Shown: piece after piece, positions 29,254 to 40,192 of the stretch
How positions within the stretch are numbered: the first letter of the stretch is position 1
Layout: the number at the start of each line of letters is the position of its first letter
Assembly (NCBI GenBank): GCA_050253415.1
Contig: JBFWJC010000005.1
Location: 136,984-200,983 of the forward strand
Length of the DNA stretch: 64,000 nt
From: Pedobacter sp.
Lineage (GTDB): Bacteria; Desulfobacterota; Desulfuromonadia; Desulfuromonadales; Syntrophotaleaceae
Reading direction: 5' to 3'
Translations under genes and position numbers: made by a program
The notes under the pieces: generated by a model
The model's input: only the letters and a program-made list of their open reading frames with translations
The model's database searches: none
What the model was told of the DNA's origin: nothing

Positions 29254-29445
29254 ATGGATGAAAATTTTGAGGCTACAGATATCCAAACAGGTTTTCATCC
29301 TGAGGGCTATCGTATAGATAAAACCGCCTCGCCAATGAATATTTATACAAAATGGCAAATTACGCCGGAAGGCAAATGGATTAACCCGAAACCGACATGC
29401 TTTGATTCAATGCCGCAGCAAGGTTGGTATAAAGAGAAAATATAA
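29254..29445 (+). CDS. Small hypothetical protein (63 aa)
   Basis: GAGGAG RBS before ATG 29254, same strand as the operon, protein-like composition. Confidence 0.6.
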   Translation: MDENFEATDIQTGFHPEGYRIDKTASPMNIYTKWQITPEGKWINPKPTCFDSMPQQGWYKEKI

Positions 29446-29628
29446 CCGGAAGGAGCCCAGGGGTAGATACTCAAGCCCCTGCGTTTCTTTATGATCGAAC
29501 AGCGGCCAGGTCTTCGGAGATGGAGCGATCACCGTGGCATCCGGAAAACATTTGACTTCTGATATGCAGTGAAACAGGCGCATCGATCCCTGTACTTTAC
29601 ACAACAACAGCTAAAGGAGACGATTGTT

Positions 29629-30027
29629 TTGTATACCGACCTGGTAATAGATCATGCCATGAATCCGCGAAATATCGGGGTCATTGAGGGTGCGGATGCC
29701 ATCATAAAGGTTGGCGATCCAAAGTGTGGCGACAGTCTCCTGCTTTTTCTCAAATTCTGCAATGATATCATCAGCGATGCGAAATTCATGATAAAGGGGT
29801 GCCCCGCTGCCATCGCAACGTCTTCCATGGCAACCGAAATGGTAAAAGGGATGACGCTGGAAAAGGCACTTGAGCTAACCGACGATCAGGTCGCCGATGC
29901 TCTGGGTGGTTTACCGGAAGTGAAAATACACTGTTCGTCTCTCGCTGTTGGTGCTGTGCATGCGGGCATAAAGAACTACACCTCATCCTGCGGTAACAAT
30001 GATCAGGGTGTGGGGGAGAGCGCCTGA
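29629..30027 (+). CDS. IscU/NifU-N-type Fe-S cluster scaffold
   Basis: TTG start after AAGGAG, YTDLVIDHAMNPRNIG, GDPKCGD, GCPAAIATSS, LGGLPEVKIHCS. Confidence 0.88.
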   Translation: MYTDLVIDHAMNPRNIGVIEGADAIIKVGDPKCGDSLLLFLKFCNDIISDAKFMIKGCPAAIATSSMATEMVKGMTLEKALELTDDQVADALGGLPEVKIHCSSLAVGAVHAGIKNYTSSCGNNDQGVGESA

Positions 30028-30063
30028 ATCTGACCAGTCTGACTCCTGACAGAAATAGCTTAG

Positions 30064-30900
30064 ATGCAATATACCAACGTGAAAATCACGATCGTTGTTG
30101 ACAACTTAGCCGGTGAAGGACTTGTTGCCGAACATGGCCTATCGTTGTGGATAGAGAACGAAGACGATCGTGTTCTTTTTGACACAGGGCAGGGTGGGGC
30201 ATTTGCGAATAATGCTCGCGCACTTGATATCGATCTACGTAAGACCGATATGCTTGTACTGAGTCATGGTCACTACGATCACACCGGTGGCATTCCTTAT
30301 GTTCTGCAACATGTCCGTAATGTCAACATTTACGGGCATCCGGGAATGGTTCAGCCCCGGTACAGTATTCGCAACGACACGGCAACACCAATTCAAATGC
30401 CACGTAAGTCCATGATGGTTATAGACAAATTGCCTTCGGAGCAACTTCACTGGGTTCGTAAACCGATCTTTCTGTCTGATAAGATCGGCATAACCGGTCC
30501 AATTCCCCGCGAAACAAGTTTCGAAGACCCCGGTGGGCCATTTTACCTTAATCCGAGAGGTGAAATCGTTGACCATGTAGACGATGATCTCGCTCTCTGG
30601 ATTCGTACAGATGACGGGCTCATTGTTTGTGTCGGCTGCGCCCATTCAGGCTTAGTGAATACTCTGGACTACATTAGTTACCTGAACGAGGGGCTGCGGA
30701 TACGGGCGGTCATTGGTGGATTTCATCTGCACAACGCCAGTCGTCAACGCCTGGATGAATCCATAGCTGCTTTACGGCTGCTGCAACCAGAAAAGATGAT
30801 TCCTTGTCACTGCACCGGCGAAACCGCAGTTACTATACTGCGTGAAGGGCTTGGTGATCGGGTGTCATCCGGGGTTGCTGGGATGACATATCTGTTTTAG
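30064..30900 (+). CDS. MBL-fold metallo-hydrolase
   Basis: AEHGLS, LFDTG, LSHGHYDHTGG, GCAHSG, IGGFHL, PCHCTG. Confidence 0.9.
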   Translation: MQYTNVKITIVVDNLAGEGLVAEHGLSLWIENEDDRVLFDTGQGGAFANNARALDIDLRKTDMLVLSHGHYDHTGGIPYVLQHVRNVNIYGHPGMVQPRYSIRNDTATPIQMPRKSMMVIDKLPSEQLHWVRKPIFLSDKIGITGPIPRETSFEDPGGPFYLNPRGEIVDHVDDDLALWIRTDDGLIVCVGCAHSGLVNTLDYISYLNEGLRIRAVIGGFHLHNASRQRLDESIAALRLLQPEKMIPCHCTGETAVTILREGLGDRVSSGVAGMTYLF

Positions 30901-30931
30901 AAATGAGTCGTTTTAGAAATGAGTCGTTTTA
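30894..30931. repeat. Tandem 16-bp direct repeat (GTTTTAGAAATGAGTC x2 plus GTTTTA)
   Basis: Exact copies at 30894-30909 and 30910-30925. They contain the stop codons of both convergent flanking ORFs. Confidence 0.85.
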
Positions 30932-31221
30932 CAACGACCCACAGACCGAGGATCGGCGGCAATCAATTTAATCAGACGATTACGGTAAGCATCGAGACGG
31001 GTTTGTGCTTCCTGATCCAAGCCAGGTGAATTGAAAAGAGTTTGAGCCCGAGCGATTTTGCGATGACGATCCGTGGTACAAAAGAAACCAGCGAGGGAGT
31101 CCAGGAAGAAACAATAGGATCGAACCAGCTCAGCAGGAAGGACAACGGTAACGGTAAACTGATCGTCGTCCAGAGCTTCAACGGTCAGTTTGTCACGGAG
31201 AAAGGAAAGCGAGGGTATCAT
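30913..31221 (-). pseudogene. Hypothetical ORF beside dif, probably truncated at the 3' end (mobile-element remnant?)
   Basis: GAGGG RBS and a protein-like N-terminus (MIPSLSFLRDKL...). The last codons run into the 16-bp repeat, which supplies the stop. Confidence 0.45.
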
Positions 31222-31254
31222 GATATACCCTCGCCAATATCGACTCTATAGATT

Positions 31255-31282
31255 GAGTCGGATAAGATATATTATGTAAACC
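31255..31282 (+). other. dif: dif (XerC/XerD chromosome dimer resolution) site
   Basis: GAGTCGGATAA-GATATA-TTATGTAAACC has the 11-6-11 dif layout (E. coli GGTGCGCATAA-TGTATA-TTATGTTAAAT). KOPS polarity converges here. Confidence 0.8.
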
Positions 31283-31323
31283 AAAATATATTATGTCATT
31301 TAGAAATAGGACAACGGCATCTG

Positions 31324-33477
31324 TCACCCGAGACTGGCCAGCTCCAATCGATCGCCCCAGCGGTCCTTAAGGGCTTGACGTAATTCTGCATAACGATCGG
31401 ATGTTAAAAATGCAGGATCTTCTGCAATGGCAAAGGCTTCTTGACGTGCCTGTTCCAATATGCGTCCGTCACGCAATAAATTTGCAACGCGGAAATCGGG
31501 TAACCCTGACTGACGGGTTCCTAAAAATTCCCCAGGGCCTCTGATCTCCAGGTCGGCTTCAGCGATTTTAAAGCCGTCCGTGGTAGCTGCCATGACGTCG
31601 AGTCGTTTTTGACCATCTTCACTGCATCGTCGTGATTTTATCAACAAACAATAACTTTGGTGCCCACCACGACCGACCCTGCCTCGTAATTGATGCAATT
31701 GCGCCAGACCGAAGCGTTCCGCATGTTCGATCATCATAACCGTGGCATTGGGTACATCTATACCTACTTCGATAACTGTTGTGGAGACAAGGATATCCAA
31801 GGCGCCGGATTTGAACAATCGCATGATACCTTCTTTTTCGTCTGAACGCATTTTGCCATGGAGCACGCCAATGCGCCGGTCCGGGTATACATGCTCCTGC
31901 AGGTACGCAGCGCCCTCGGTGGCGGCCATGAGGTCGCTTTTTTCGGTTTCTTCCACTAGGGGGTAAACAATATAGGCCTGCCGACCTTTGGCAAGTTCGT
32001 CCGAAATTTTCAGATAAGCACTTCTGCGTTGGCTTTCTGTGACTATTTTGGTTTGAACTGGACTGCGCCCGGGTGGTAATTCGTCAATGACAGACAAAGA
32101 AAGATCGCCGTATACGGTAAGAGCAAGAGTTCGAGGGATAGGTGTCGCAGTCATTACCAATAAGTCGGGATGTTTGCCCTTGTGCCTGAGAGAGGCTCGC
32201 TGTAGAACCCCAAAGCGATGCTGTTCATCAATAATGCCTAATCCAAGTTGGGCGAACTGGACGTCATCCTGCAAAACCGCATGGGTACCCACAACCATGT
32301 GAGCTGTCCCATCACGCAGTTGTTGCAGAATTTCACGCCGCTGAGTCGCCGTAGTGGATCCGGTTAAAAAGACAACGGTTAGGCCAAGGTCTTCCATCCA
32401 TTGATGAAATTGTAGAAAGTGCTGTTCTGCTAAGATTTCTGTAGGAGCGACAACCGCAACCTGAGTATTGTTTTCTATGGCGACCAGCGCGGCCATAAGT
32501 GCGACCACGGTCTTTCCGCTGCCGACATCACCCTGTAAAAGACGATTCATTGGGTGCGGCGCCATCATATCCCGTTTAATTTCGCCAAGGACCCTGCGTT
32601 GTGCTTCGGTTAGCCTGAAAGGCAACATCTTTGCCAATGGTTTTGTATATAAGTGTTCGACCTGGAACGCATGACCCTCTTCCAGCAGTATACCTCGATG
32701 TTTAAGGGCCATCCCAAGTTCAAGATAGAACAGTTCATCGAAAACAAGGGTATATTTAGCCGGACTTCTGCCCTCTTCCAATTCACTTAATGAGGAATCC
32801 GTGTCAGGAAAGTGTACCTGGCGCAGCGCATCGGCCAAAGGCAGAAGTGGCTGTCTTTTTAAGACTTCATCTGGTAGCGGCGATACAGCAAATTCGGCAA
32901 AACGATCGACAATCTGTTTCCAGATTTTACGGGCGGTTTTTTGAGTCAGCCCCTCTGTAAGAGGATAAACCGGTAGAATGTGACCAAAAGTGAGAGGATC
33001 GGACTGTAAAAGTGCTAATGGTTCTTGTCCGTCGGCCAGAAATTCAACATCAGGGTGGTGAACTTCGGTCACACCTCCAAAACGTTTTACTTCTCCACAA
33101 AATATGGCTCTTCTGCCGACGGGATACTGTTTCTCAATCCAGTTTTTTCTATAATGAAACCACTTGAGACTGATGGTGCCGCTTCCGTCTCCGACAATTA
33201 CCTCATACAGCCTACGGCGTGAGCGGGAGGTAGTTTTTTCACCCGAGGTGAGAACCTCTCCGAAAAAAAGCTCCCTCGAATCCGGTTTTACTTTGGCGAT
33301 GGGGATAAGTTGACGACGGTCTTCGTAGCGGAATGGCAGGGTGTAGAGGGCATGCTCAACCGTGGAAAGCCCCATTTTAGAGAGTTTTTCCACCAAACGC
33401 GGTCCAACCCCCCGGATTGTATCCAGGGGGGTTGCAAGATAGGTATGGCTTTGTGCATAGGTGGGCTTAAGGGACAT
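31324..33477 (-). CDS. recG: ATP-dependent DNA helicase RecG
   Basis: LLQGDVGSGKT, DEQHRFG, TATPIPRTL, QLHQLRGRVGRG. Start at ATG 33477 after AGGAGG. Confidence 0.96.
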   Translation of the reverse strand: MSLKPTYAQSHTYLATPLDTIRGVGPRLVEKLSKMGLSTVEHALYTLPFRYEDRRQLIPIAKVKPDSRELFFGEVLTSGEKTTSRSRRRLYEVIVGDGSGTISLKWFHYRKNWIEKQYPVGRRAIFCGEVKRFGGVTEVHHPDVEFLADGQEPLALLQSDPLTFGHILPVYPLTEGLTQKTARKIWKQIVDRFAEFAVSPLPDEVLKRQPLLPLADALRQVHFPDTDSSLSELEEGRSPAKYTLVFDELFYLELGMALKHRGILLEEGHAFQVEHLYTKPLAKMLPFRLTEAQRRVLGEIKRDMMAPHPMNRLLQGDVGSGKTVVALMAALVAIENNTQVAVVAPTEILAEQHFLQFHQWMEDLGLTVVFLTGSTTATQRREILQQLRDGTAHMVVGTHAVLQDDVQFAQLGLGIIDEQHRFGVLQRASLRHKGKHPDLLVMTATPIPRTLALTVYGDLSLSVIDELPPGRSPVQTKIVTESQRRSAYLKISDELAKGRQAYIVYPLVEETEKSDLMAATEGAAYLQEHVYPDRRIGVLHGKMRSDEKEGIMRLFKSGALDILVSTTVIEVGIDVPNATVMMIEHAERFGLAQLHQLRGRVGRGGHQSYCLLIKSRRCSEDGQKRLDVMAATTDGFKIAEADLEIRGPGEFLGTRQSGLPDFRVANLLRDGRILEQARQEAFAIAEDPAFLTSDRYAELRQALKDRWGDRLELASLG

Positions 33478-33493
33478 GTCCCCTGCCCTCCTT

Positions 33494-33697
33494 TTAGTTG
33501 TCGAGCGCGGCGTTGAGATCTTTAAGAAGATCGTCGACATTTACGCCGTGGGCATTGGCGCCCTGCTCAAGAGTTTCAAACTTGGCTGCTGCACAGCCCA
33601 GGCAACCCATTTTGTACTTCGTGAAAACCTGAACCACCTTTTGTCCGTGGGCAAGAATTTCGTTGAACTTCATATCCTTGGTAATCTTCTGGCTCAT
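33494..33697 (-). CDS. DUF1858 / hydroxylamine-reductase-associated small protein
   Basis: ITKDM...MGCLGC...ETLEQGANAHG. Confidence 0.8.
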   Translation of the reverse strand: MSQKITKDMKFNEILAHGQKVVQVFTKYKMGCLGCAAAKFETLEQGANAHGVNVDDLLKDLNAALDN

Positions 33698-33741
33698 GAC
33701 GTTAGCTCTCCTGTAAATTGTCTCAGCTGCACAAAATACAT

Positions 33742-34218
33742 TTACATGTATTGGATATTGACGACTTCGTAGATTTTTAAGCCGGAAGGCACCTTAATAC
33801 GGACTTCATCATCCATACGATGACCAATAAGAGCTCTACCTACCGGTGAGGTCACAGAGATCTTACCTAGTTTAAGATCGGCTTCATCTTCCCCAACAAT
33901 GCGATAGGTTACTTCGCTCTCGGTGTCCACGTCAAACAGTGTAACATGGGCGCCAAAGACGATTTTATCGGTAATCACCGAGCCGGGCTTGATAACTTCA
34001 GCCCGTGCGATTTTGTCGTTGAGTTCCTTAATGCGGCCTTCAATAAAACCCTGACGGTTTTTCGCGGCATCGTATTCGGCATTTTCGGAAAGGTCGCCAT
34101 GACTGCGTGCTTCGGCAATGTCCTGAACGACCTTGGGGCGCTCAATACGGATAAGACGTTTCAATTCCTCTTGGAGGCTACGGTAACCTTCTTCGGTCAT
34201 TGGAATGCTTTGGGACAT
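33742..34218 (-). CDS. greA: Transcription elongation factor GreA
   Basis: ARSHGDLSENAEYDAAK, ISVTSPVGRALIG. Confidence 0.96.
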   Translation of the reverse strand: MSQSIPMTEEGYRSLQEELKRLIRIERPKVVQDIAEARSHGDLSENAEYDAAKNRQGFIEGRIKELNDKIARAEVIKPGSVITDKIVFGAHVTLFDVDTESEVTYRIVGEDEADLKLGKISVTSPVGRALIGHRMDDEVRIKVPSGLKIYEVVNIQYM

Positions 34219-34241
34219 GATTCGATCTAACCCTTTTCTGT

Positions 34242-34270
34242 AAAAATCAGCGGGCGGGTAAACCCGCCCG
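34242..34270 (-). terminator. Hairpin with U-tract between carB and greA
   Basis: CGGGCGGGT-tt-ACCCGCCCG followed by CTGATTTTT on the minus strand. Confidence 0.55.
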
Positions 34271-34331
34271 ACTTATTAATCTATAATTGTTTTAAACTTT
34301 ATATACTTAAAGACCGCCAGTAAAATGGCGG

Positions 34332-37300
34332 CTATTGCCTCGCATAATACTCCTGAAGAGGAACTACGTCAAGTTTTTCTCGCCCGAGGGATAAAACAGC
34401 GTCTACCGCCGCGATAATACCTTCCAGGGTTGTGTAATAGGCAATGTTGTTCATTAAGGCAGTACGGCGAATGGAATACGAATCGGCCACGGAGTGTGGT
34501 CCGAATGTCGTATTGAACACCATGGCGATTTCTTTGCTCTTAAGCGCATCGACGCAGTGCGGGCGCCCTTCCTTGACCTTGTTGATGGCGGTAACCGGCA
34601 AACCGTTGGATTCCAGAAAGCTTGCGGTACCGCGGGTGGCAACAAGGCAGAAACCGCCTGCAACCAGACGGCGGGCAGGCTCAAGAAAGGTTTCCTTGTC
34701 GCCGTCTTTAAGACTGACAAAGACGTTGCCTTTAACAGGCAAATGAACACCGGCAGCCAACTGTGATTTGGCGAACGCCCTGTAAAAATTGGTATCGATT
34801 CCCATAACCTCGCCGGTCGATTTCATTTCGGGACCGAGCAGCGTGTCGACGCCGGGGAATTTTACGAAAGGAAACACTGCTTCCTTAACGGAAACATAGG
34901 ACGGGATGATTTCTTCACGAATACCGAGTTCATTCAAGGTCTTGCCTGCCATCACTTGCGCCGCCAATTTAGCCAATTGCCGGTTAGTGGCTTTGGATAC
35001 GAAGGGCACGGTACGACTGGCTCGAGGGTTGACTTCCAGCAGATAGATGGTGTCGTCTTTGACGGCGAACTGGATGTTCATCAATCCGACAACGCCAAGT
35101 TCGAGGGCCAGTTCGCGGGTCTGGCGGCGGATTTCATCAACAATTGCCGGCTGCAGGGAAAACGGCGGCAGCGCACAAGCGGAGTCGCCGGAGTGAATAC
35201 CCGCCTCCTCAATATGCTGCATAATTCCGCCAATAACAACATCGCGACCATCGCACAGAGCGTCGACATCGACCTCAATGGCATGCACCAGAAATTTGTC
35301 AACCAGGATCGGGTGATCCGGCGAAGCCTGTACGGCATTTTGCATATAACTCCGAAGGGCGTCGACGTGGTAAACAATTTCCATGGCGCGGCCACCAAGG
35401 ACGTACGATGGGCGCACGACAACCGGGTAACCGATTCTCTCGGCAATTTTTTCGGCTTCATCAAAGGATCGTGCCAAGCCATTGTCAGGCTGCAGCAGGT
35501 TGAGCTTGAACAACAGCGCCTGGAAGCGTTCACGGTCCTCGGCCCGGTCGATGGCATCGGGTGTGGTGCCGAGAATGGGTACGCCGGCCTGTTCAAGTGC
35601 CACGGCCAGCTTCAGAGGTGTCTGTCCGCCGAATTGAACGATGACTCCGAGCGGTTTCTCGACATGCACGATTTCAAGCACATCTTCAAAGGTCAGTGGC
35701 TCAAAGTAGAGACGATCGGACGTGTCGTAGTCGGTAGAAACCGTTTCAGGGTTACAGTTGACCATAATAGTCTCATACCCGTCCGCAGCTAACGCCATGA
35801 CCCCGTGCACGCAACAGTAGTCGAATTCGATTCCTTGACCTATACGGTTGGGGCCGCCACCGAGAATCATGATCTTTTTACGATCGGTCGGCATGGCTTC
35901 GCATTCGGTTTCATAGGTCGAGTAGAGATACGGGGTGTGCGCAACGAACTCGGCACCGCAGGTATCGACACGTTTGTATACCGGACGAATGCCAAAAGAG
36001 ATACGCAGTTGTCGAACTTCATCTTCCGTTTTACCAAACAACTGGGCAAGGCGTCGGTCAGAAAAACCGTTCTGCTTGGCATCGCGTAACAAAGCAGGCC
36101 ATTCGGCGTCGTCCGTGGGCAAATCTGCAAGTTTGACCAGGCCCTCTTCCATCGCAACAATCTGCTGAATCTGGAACAAAAACCAAGGGTCGATACGGGT
36201 TACTGCGTGTATCTGGGCAATGTCCATATTGGCGCGGAAAGCGTCGGCAATAAACCAGATACGCTCCCAGTTGGGGACATGCAGCTTGGTGCTGAGTAAT
36301 TCCTGCTCGGCATCGCTGAGGGGACGTCCCCACTCCTGCGGTGAACTAAACAGGCGGCTTTCAAAACCATAAGAACCGATCTCCATGGAACGAAGCCCTT
36401 TTTGGAGGCTTTCCTTGAAGGTCCGTCCAATGGACATGGCTTCGCCAACGGATTTCATCTGGGTGGTAAGAGTGCTATCCGCCTGAGGAAATTTTTCGAA
36501 GGTGAAACGCGGTATTTTGGTGACCACGTAGTCGATGGTCGGCTCGAAGGATGCGAAAGTCTCCCGGGTGATATCGTTGGGGATTTCATCCAGAGTGTAG
36601 CCGATCGACAGTTTTGCGGCAATTTTAGCGATCGGAAACCCGGTAGCCTTTGAGGCCAGAGCCGAAGAGCGTGACACGCGCGGATTCATCTCGATAACAG
36701 CAAGGCGGCCATCGATGGGATTGATGCCGAACTGAATATTGGAGCCCCCGGTATCTACGCCGATCTCTCGGATGATCTTGATCGAAGCATCGCGCAGTAT
36801 CTGGTATTCCTTGTCGGTCAAGGTCTGTGCTGGGGCAACGGTAATGGAATCGCCGGTATGCACACCCATGGCATCAAAGTTTTCGATGGAACAGATGATA
36901 ACAACGTTGTCAGCCGTGTCGCGCATGACCTCGAGTTCGAACTCTTTCCAGCCGATAATCGATTCTTCGATCAGGATTTCATTGGTAGGTGATGCATCGA
37001 TGCCGGCCAAGGCCATGGCTTCGTATTCTTCACGGTTGTAGGCAATGCCACCACCGCTGCCGCCCATGGTGAAGGACGGTCTGATAATGGCTGGAAAGCC
37101 TACCGATTCGATGATTTCCATCGCCTCTTCGTAACTATGAGCCAGGCCGGAACGCGGTACATCGACACCGATTTTGGCCATGGCTTGCTTAAACAATGTA
37201 CGGTCTTCGGCTTTTTCAATCGCATCGAGGCTGGCACCTATCAGTTCGACACCATAGCGTTCCAATACACCATTTTTGGCTACCGCGACAGCGGTATTAA

Positions 37301-37586
37301 GAGCAGTCTGACCACCAAGCGTAGGAAGAATGGCGTCCGGACGCTCTTTTTCGATGATTTTTTCGAGAACTTCCGGGGTTACCGGTTCAACATAAGTTCT
37401 GTCTGCAGTCTCCGGATCGGTCATGATGGTGGCCGGGTTGGAGTTCAGCAGGATAACGGTGTACCCTTCTTCCTTGAGGGCCTTACAGGCCTGGGTGCCG
37501 GAATAATCGAATTCGCAGGCCTGCCCGATGATGATGGGCCCGGCGCCAATAATCAGAATTTTCTGAATATCTGTTCTTTTTGGCAT
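34332..37586 (-). CDS. carB: Carbamoyl-phosphate synthase large subunit
   Basis: [34 protein letters not shown], duplicated ATP-grasp domains, MGS domain. Confidence 0.98.
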   Translation of the reverse strand: MPKRTDIQKILIIGAGPIIIGQACEFDYSGTQACKALKEEGYTVILLNSNPATIMTDPETADRTYVEPVTPEVLEKIIEKERPDAILPTLGGQTALNTAVAVAKNGVLERYGVELIGASLDAIEKAEDRTLFKQAMAKIGVDVPRSGLAHSYEEAMEIIESVGFPAIIRPSFTMGGSGGGIAYNREEYEAMALAGIDASPTNEILIEESIIGWKEFELEVMRDTADNVVIICSIENFDAMGVHTGDSITVAPAQTLTDKEYQILRDASIKIIREIGVDTGGSNIQFGINPIDGRLAVIEMNPRVSRSSALASKATGFPIAKIAAKLSIGYTLDEIPNDITRETFASFEPTIDYVVTKIPRFTFEKFPQADSTLTTQMKSVGEAMSIGRTFKESLQKGLRSMEIGSYGFESRLFSSPQEWGRPLSDAEQELLSTKLHVPNWERIWFIADAFRANMDIAQIHAVTRIDPWFLFQIQQIVAMEEGLVKLADLPTDDAEWPALLRDAKQNGFSDRRLAQLFGKTEDEVRQLRISFGIRPVYKRVDTCGAEFVAHTPYLYSTYETECEAMPTDRKKIMILGGGPNRIGQGIEFDYCCVHGVMALAADGYETIMVNCNPETVSTDYDTSDRLYFEPLTFEDVLEIVHVEKPLGVIVQFGGQTPLKLAVALEQAGVPILGTTPDAIDRAEDRERFQALLFKLNLLQPDNGLARSFDEAEKIAERIGYPVVVRPSYVLGGRAMEIVYHVDALRSYMQNAVQASPDHPILVDKFLVHAIEVDVDALCDGRDVVIGGIMQHIEEAGIHSGDSACALPPFSLQPAIVDEIRRQTRELALELGVVGLMNIQFAVKDDTIYLLEVNPRASRTVPFVSKATNRQLAKLAAQVMAGKTLNELGIREEIIPSYVSVKEAVFPFVKFPGVDTLLGPEMKSTGEVMGIDTNFYRAFAKSQLAAGVHLPVKGNVFVSLKDGDKETFLEPARRLVAGGFCLVATRGTASFLESNGLPVTAINKVKEGRPHCVDALKSKEIAMVFNTTFGPHSVADSYSIRRTALMNNIAYYTTLEGIIAAVDAVLSLGREKLDVVPLQEYYARQ

Positions 37587-37664
37587 TGTCTTTCCTTCAC
37601 TGATCTTGAAGCCCCACAGGGCGGCAATATTTTACGGGCTTAAGCTATCCTTCAATGGGCGCTG

Positions 37665-38792
37665 TTAGGCCTGGCTTGCACGATGTTTGTCCATCAACGC
37701 GGCAAAACGATCAAACAGGTAGCGCGCATCGTGCGGTCCGGGAGAAGCTTCCGGATGGTACTGCACGGAAAACGCCGGAACCTGGCAATGTTCCAACCCT
37801 TCAATCGTATTGTCATTGAGGTTGATATGAGTCAGCACAGCTGCATCCTTGATGGCATCGCCATCAACGGCAAAGCCGTGGTTCTGTGAGGTAATTTCAA
37901 CCTGCCCTTCGCATTTACGCTGAACAGGCTGGTTTCCGCCGCGATGACCGAATTTCAGTTTATAGGTACGGCCGCCAAGGGCAAGCGCCAGAAGCTGATG
38001 GCCAAGGCAGATACCAAAGATAGGCACCTTGCCAAGCAGTTGACGAATATTTTCCTGTGCGTAGGTAACCGGTTCCGGATCGCCCGGGCCGTTACTGAGA
38101 AACACGCCATCAGGATTCATGGACAAAACCTCGGTGGCCGGTGTGGTGGCGGGTACCACCGTAACATCGCAACCGATGGCCACCAGGTTGCGCAGAATGT
38201 TGCGCTTGATGCCGAAATCGTATGCGACTACCTTGTAACGCATTTCGCCGGCGGGCTGATAACCTTCGCCGAGCTTCCAGGGCCCTTCGGTCCAGTGGTA
38301 GGCTTCTTTGCAGGTAACTTCCTGTACCAAGTCGTGGCCCACTATCGATGGGGCTTTGCGTGCTTTTTCAACCAGTGATGCCGGGTCGAGATCAAGAGAT
38401 GAAATAATGCCGGTCTGTGCGCCGTTGTCACGTATGTGCCGTACCAGCGAGCGGGTATCGATGCCCTGAATGCCGACGATGTTATTTTGCTTCAAATAAT
38501 CGTCAAGGGTCATCGTACTGCGCCAGTTGCTGGGGTAAGGACAGGCCTCTTTGACAATGAATCCGGACAGATGCGGACGACCGGATTCAACATCCTCCGG
38601 ATTGATTCCACAGTTGCCTATCAAGGGATAGGTCATAGTCACGATCTCGCCGCAATAGGAAGGGTCCGTGAGGATTTCCTGATAACCGGTCATGCTGGTA
38701 TTGAAAACCACTTCGCCAGTAACTTCCCCTCGGGCGCCGAATGCTTTGCCGATAAAAACCCTGCCGTCGGCGAGGGCTAGAATTGCTTTCAT
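37665..38792 (-). CDS. carA: Carbamoyl-phosphate synthase small subunit
   Basis: [41 protein letters not shown]. Confidence 0.98.
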   Translation of the reverse strand: MKAILALADGRVFIGKAFGARGEVTGEVVFNTSMTGYQEILTDPSYCGEIVTMTYPLIGNCGINPEDVESGRPHLSGFIVKEACPYPSNWRSTMTLDDYLKQNNIVGIQGIDTRSLVRHIRDNGAQTGIISSLDLDPASLVEKARKAPSIVGHDLVQEVTCKEAYHWTEGPWKLGEGYQPAGEMRYKVVAYDFGIKRNILRNLVAIGCDVTVVPATTPATEVLSMNPDGVFLSNGPGDPEPVTYAQENIRQLLGKVPIFGICLGHQLLALALGGRTYKLKFGHRGGNQPVQRKCEGQVEITSQNHGFAVDGDAIKDAAVLTHINLNDNTIEGLEHCQVPAFSVQYHPEASPGPHDARYLFDRFAALMDKHRASQA

Positions 38793-38891
38793 GGGGCCTT
38801 ACTCCTTACAGTTCTAAGATACTATCAACTTTGTCGAATCTTCATGCAGGCGGCGGCGCTTTTTTTAAGAGCGCCGCCAAATCGAACTATA

Positions 38892-40166
38892 TCATGATCG
38901 ACGATGGGTTATGCGCCCATCGACGATTGTAAAGGTAGCCAGACCTTTAAGTTTCCAGCCACCAAAAGGGGTGTTTTTGCTACGCGATTGTCCAGCATCC
39001 AAATCCATGGTCCATTTCGCTGCAGGGTCGATAATGGTCACATCGGCCGGACGCCCGACCTCCAGGGTGCCGCCAGGCAAGCTTAGGGCTCTGGCTGGGC
39101 CGATGGTCAGGCAAGCAATTGCATCGGACAGGGACATCACCCCTTCCTCAACAAGACGTAAGGTCAGGGGCAGCGCCGTTTCGAGGCCTATGATACCGTT
39201 GCTCGCAAGATTGAATTCTACATTTTTTTCATCAGGATGATGGGGAGCATGATCCGTTGCAATAACACTCAGTGTGCCATCGGCAAGGCCGTCGCGAATG
39301 GCTGCAAGATCATCACTTGATCGTAGCGGCGGATTCATCTTGGCCTGAGTGTTGTAGCCACGTACGGCATCTTCCGTAAGGGTAAAATAGTGTGGGGCCG
39401 TTTCGGCGGTTACGCGAACTCCCCGGGCTTTTGCCGCACGGATAATCTCGACCGCACCACGCGTCGAAACATGAGCTACATGCAATCGCGCGCCGGTGTA
39501 TTCGGCGAGCATCACATCGCGAGCAACAGCGGACACTTCCGCCACCCAGGGTATTCCGCGGAGACCGAGCTCGGTGGCGACAAAACCATCGTTCATTACG
39601 CCGTCGCCAACCAGGGTAAGATCTTCGGCATGGCTGATGAGCGGCAGGTCAAAGGATCTGGCGTACTCAAGAGCCCGTCGCATGATTTCGCCATTAGCAA
39701 CCGGGTGTCCATCATCGCTGGCCGCAACGCAACCGGCACTTTTCATGTCACCCATTTCAGCCAGAGACTCACCTTTTAGACCTTTAGTGATGGCTCCTAC
39801 CGGATATACTTTAGCGTGCCCAACTTGCGCGGCTTTATGTCGAATGTATTGGGTGGTCACCTTATTGTCGTTAACCGGAGCAGTATTGGGCATGCAAGCC
39901 ACGGCAGTAAAGCCGCCTGCGGCAGCGGCCCTGGTACCCGACTCGATATCTTCCTTATATTCGAATCCAGGATCGCGCAGATGCACATGGATATCGATAA
40001 GTCCGGGAACGACCAGGCAACCTTTAGCATCGATTTGTTCAGCATCGGATGCCTCAATGCCGACCGCGACTTTGCTAATGCAGTCATTTTCGATCAAAAC
40101 ATCAAAATTTCCATCTATGCCATGCGCCGGATCAAGAACCCGACCATTTGTAATCAGAATTTTCAT
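38892..40166 (-). CDS. pyrC: Dihydroorotase
   Basis: [32 protein letters not shown]. Confidence 0.96.
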   Translation of the reverse strand: MKILITNGRVLDPAHGIDGNFDVLIENDCISKVAVGIEASDAEQIDAKGCLVVPGLIDIHVHLRDPGFEYKEDIESGTRAAAAGGFTAVACMPNTAPVNDNKVTTQYIRHKAAQVGHAKVYPVGAITKGLKGESLAEMGDMKSAGCVAASDDGHPVANGEIMRRALEYARSFDLPLISHAEDLTLVGDGVMNDGFVATELGLRGIPWVAEVSAVARDVMLAEYTGARLHVAHVSTRGAVEIIRAAKARGVRVTAETAPHYFTLTEDAVRGYNTQAKMNPPLRSSDDLAAIRDGLADGTLSVIATDHAPHHPDEKNVEFNLASNGIIGLETALPLTLRLVEEGVMSLSDAIACLTIGPARALSLPGGTLEVGRPADVTIIDPAAKWTMDLDAGQSRSKNTPFGGWKLKGLATFTIVDGRITHRRS

Positions 40167-40192
40167 TGTTCCCCCTCTTCGAGCAAGAGTGC

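Noticed and set aside
30894..30931. GTTTTAGA-starting repeats resembling type II CRISPR repeats
   Set aside because: Units are 16 bp and directly abut with no spacer. No cas9 or tracrRNA context.
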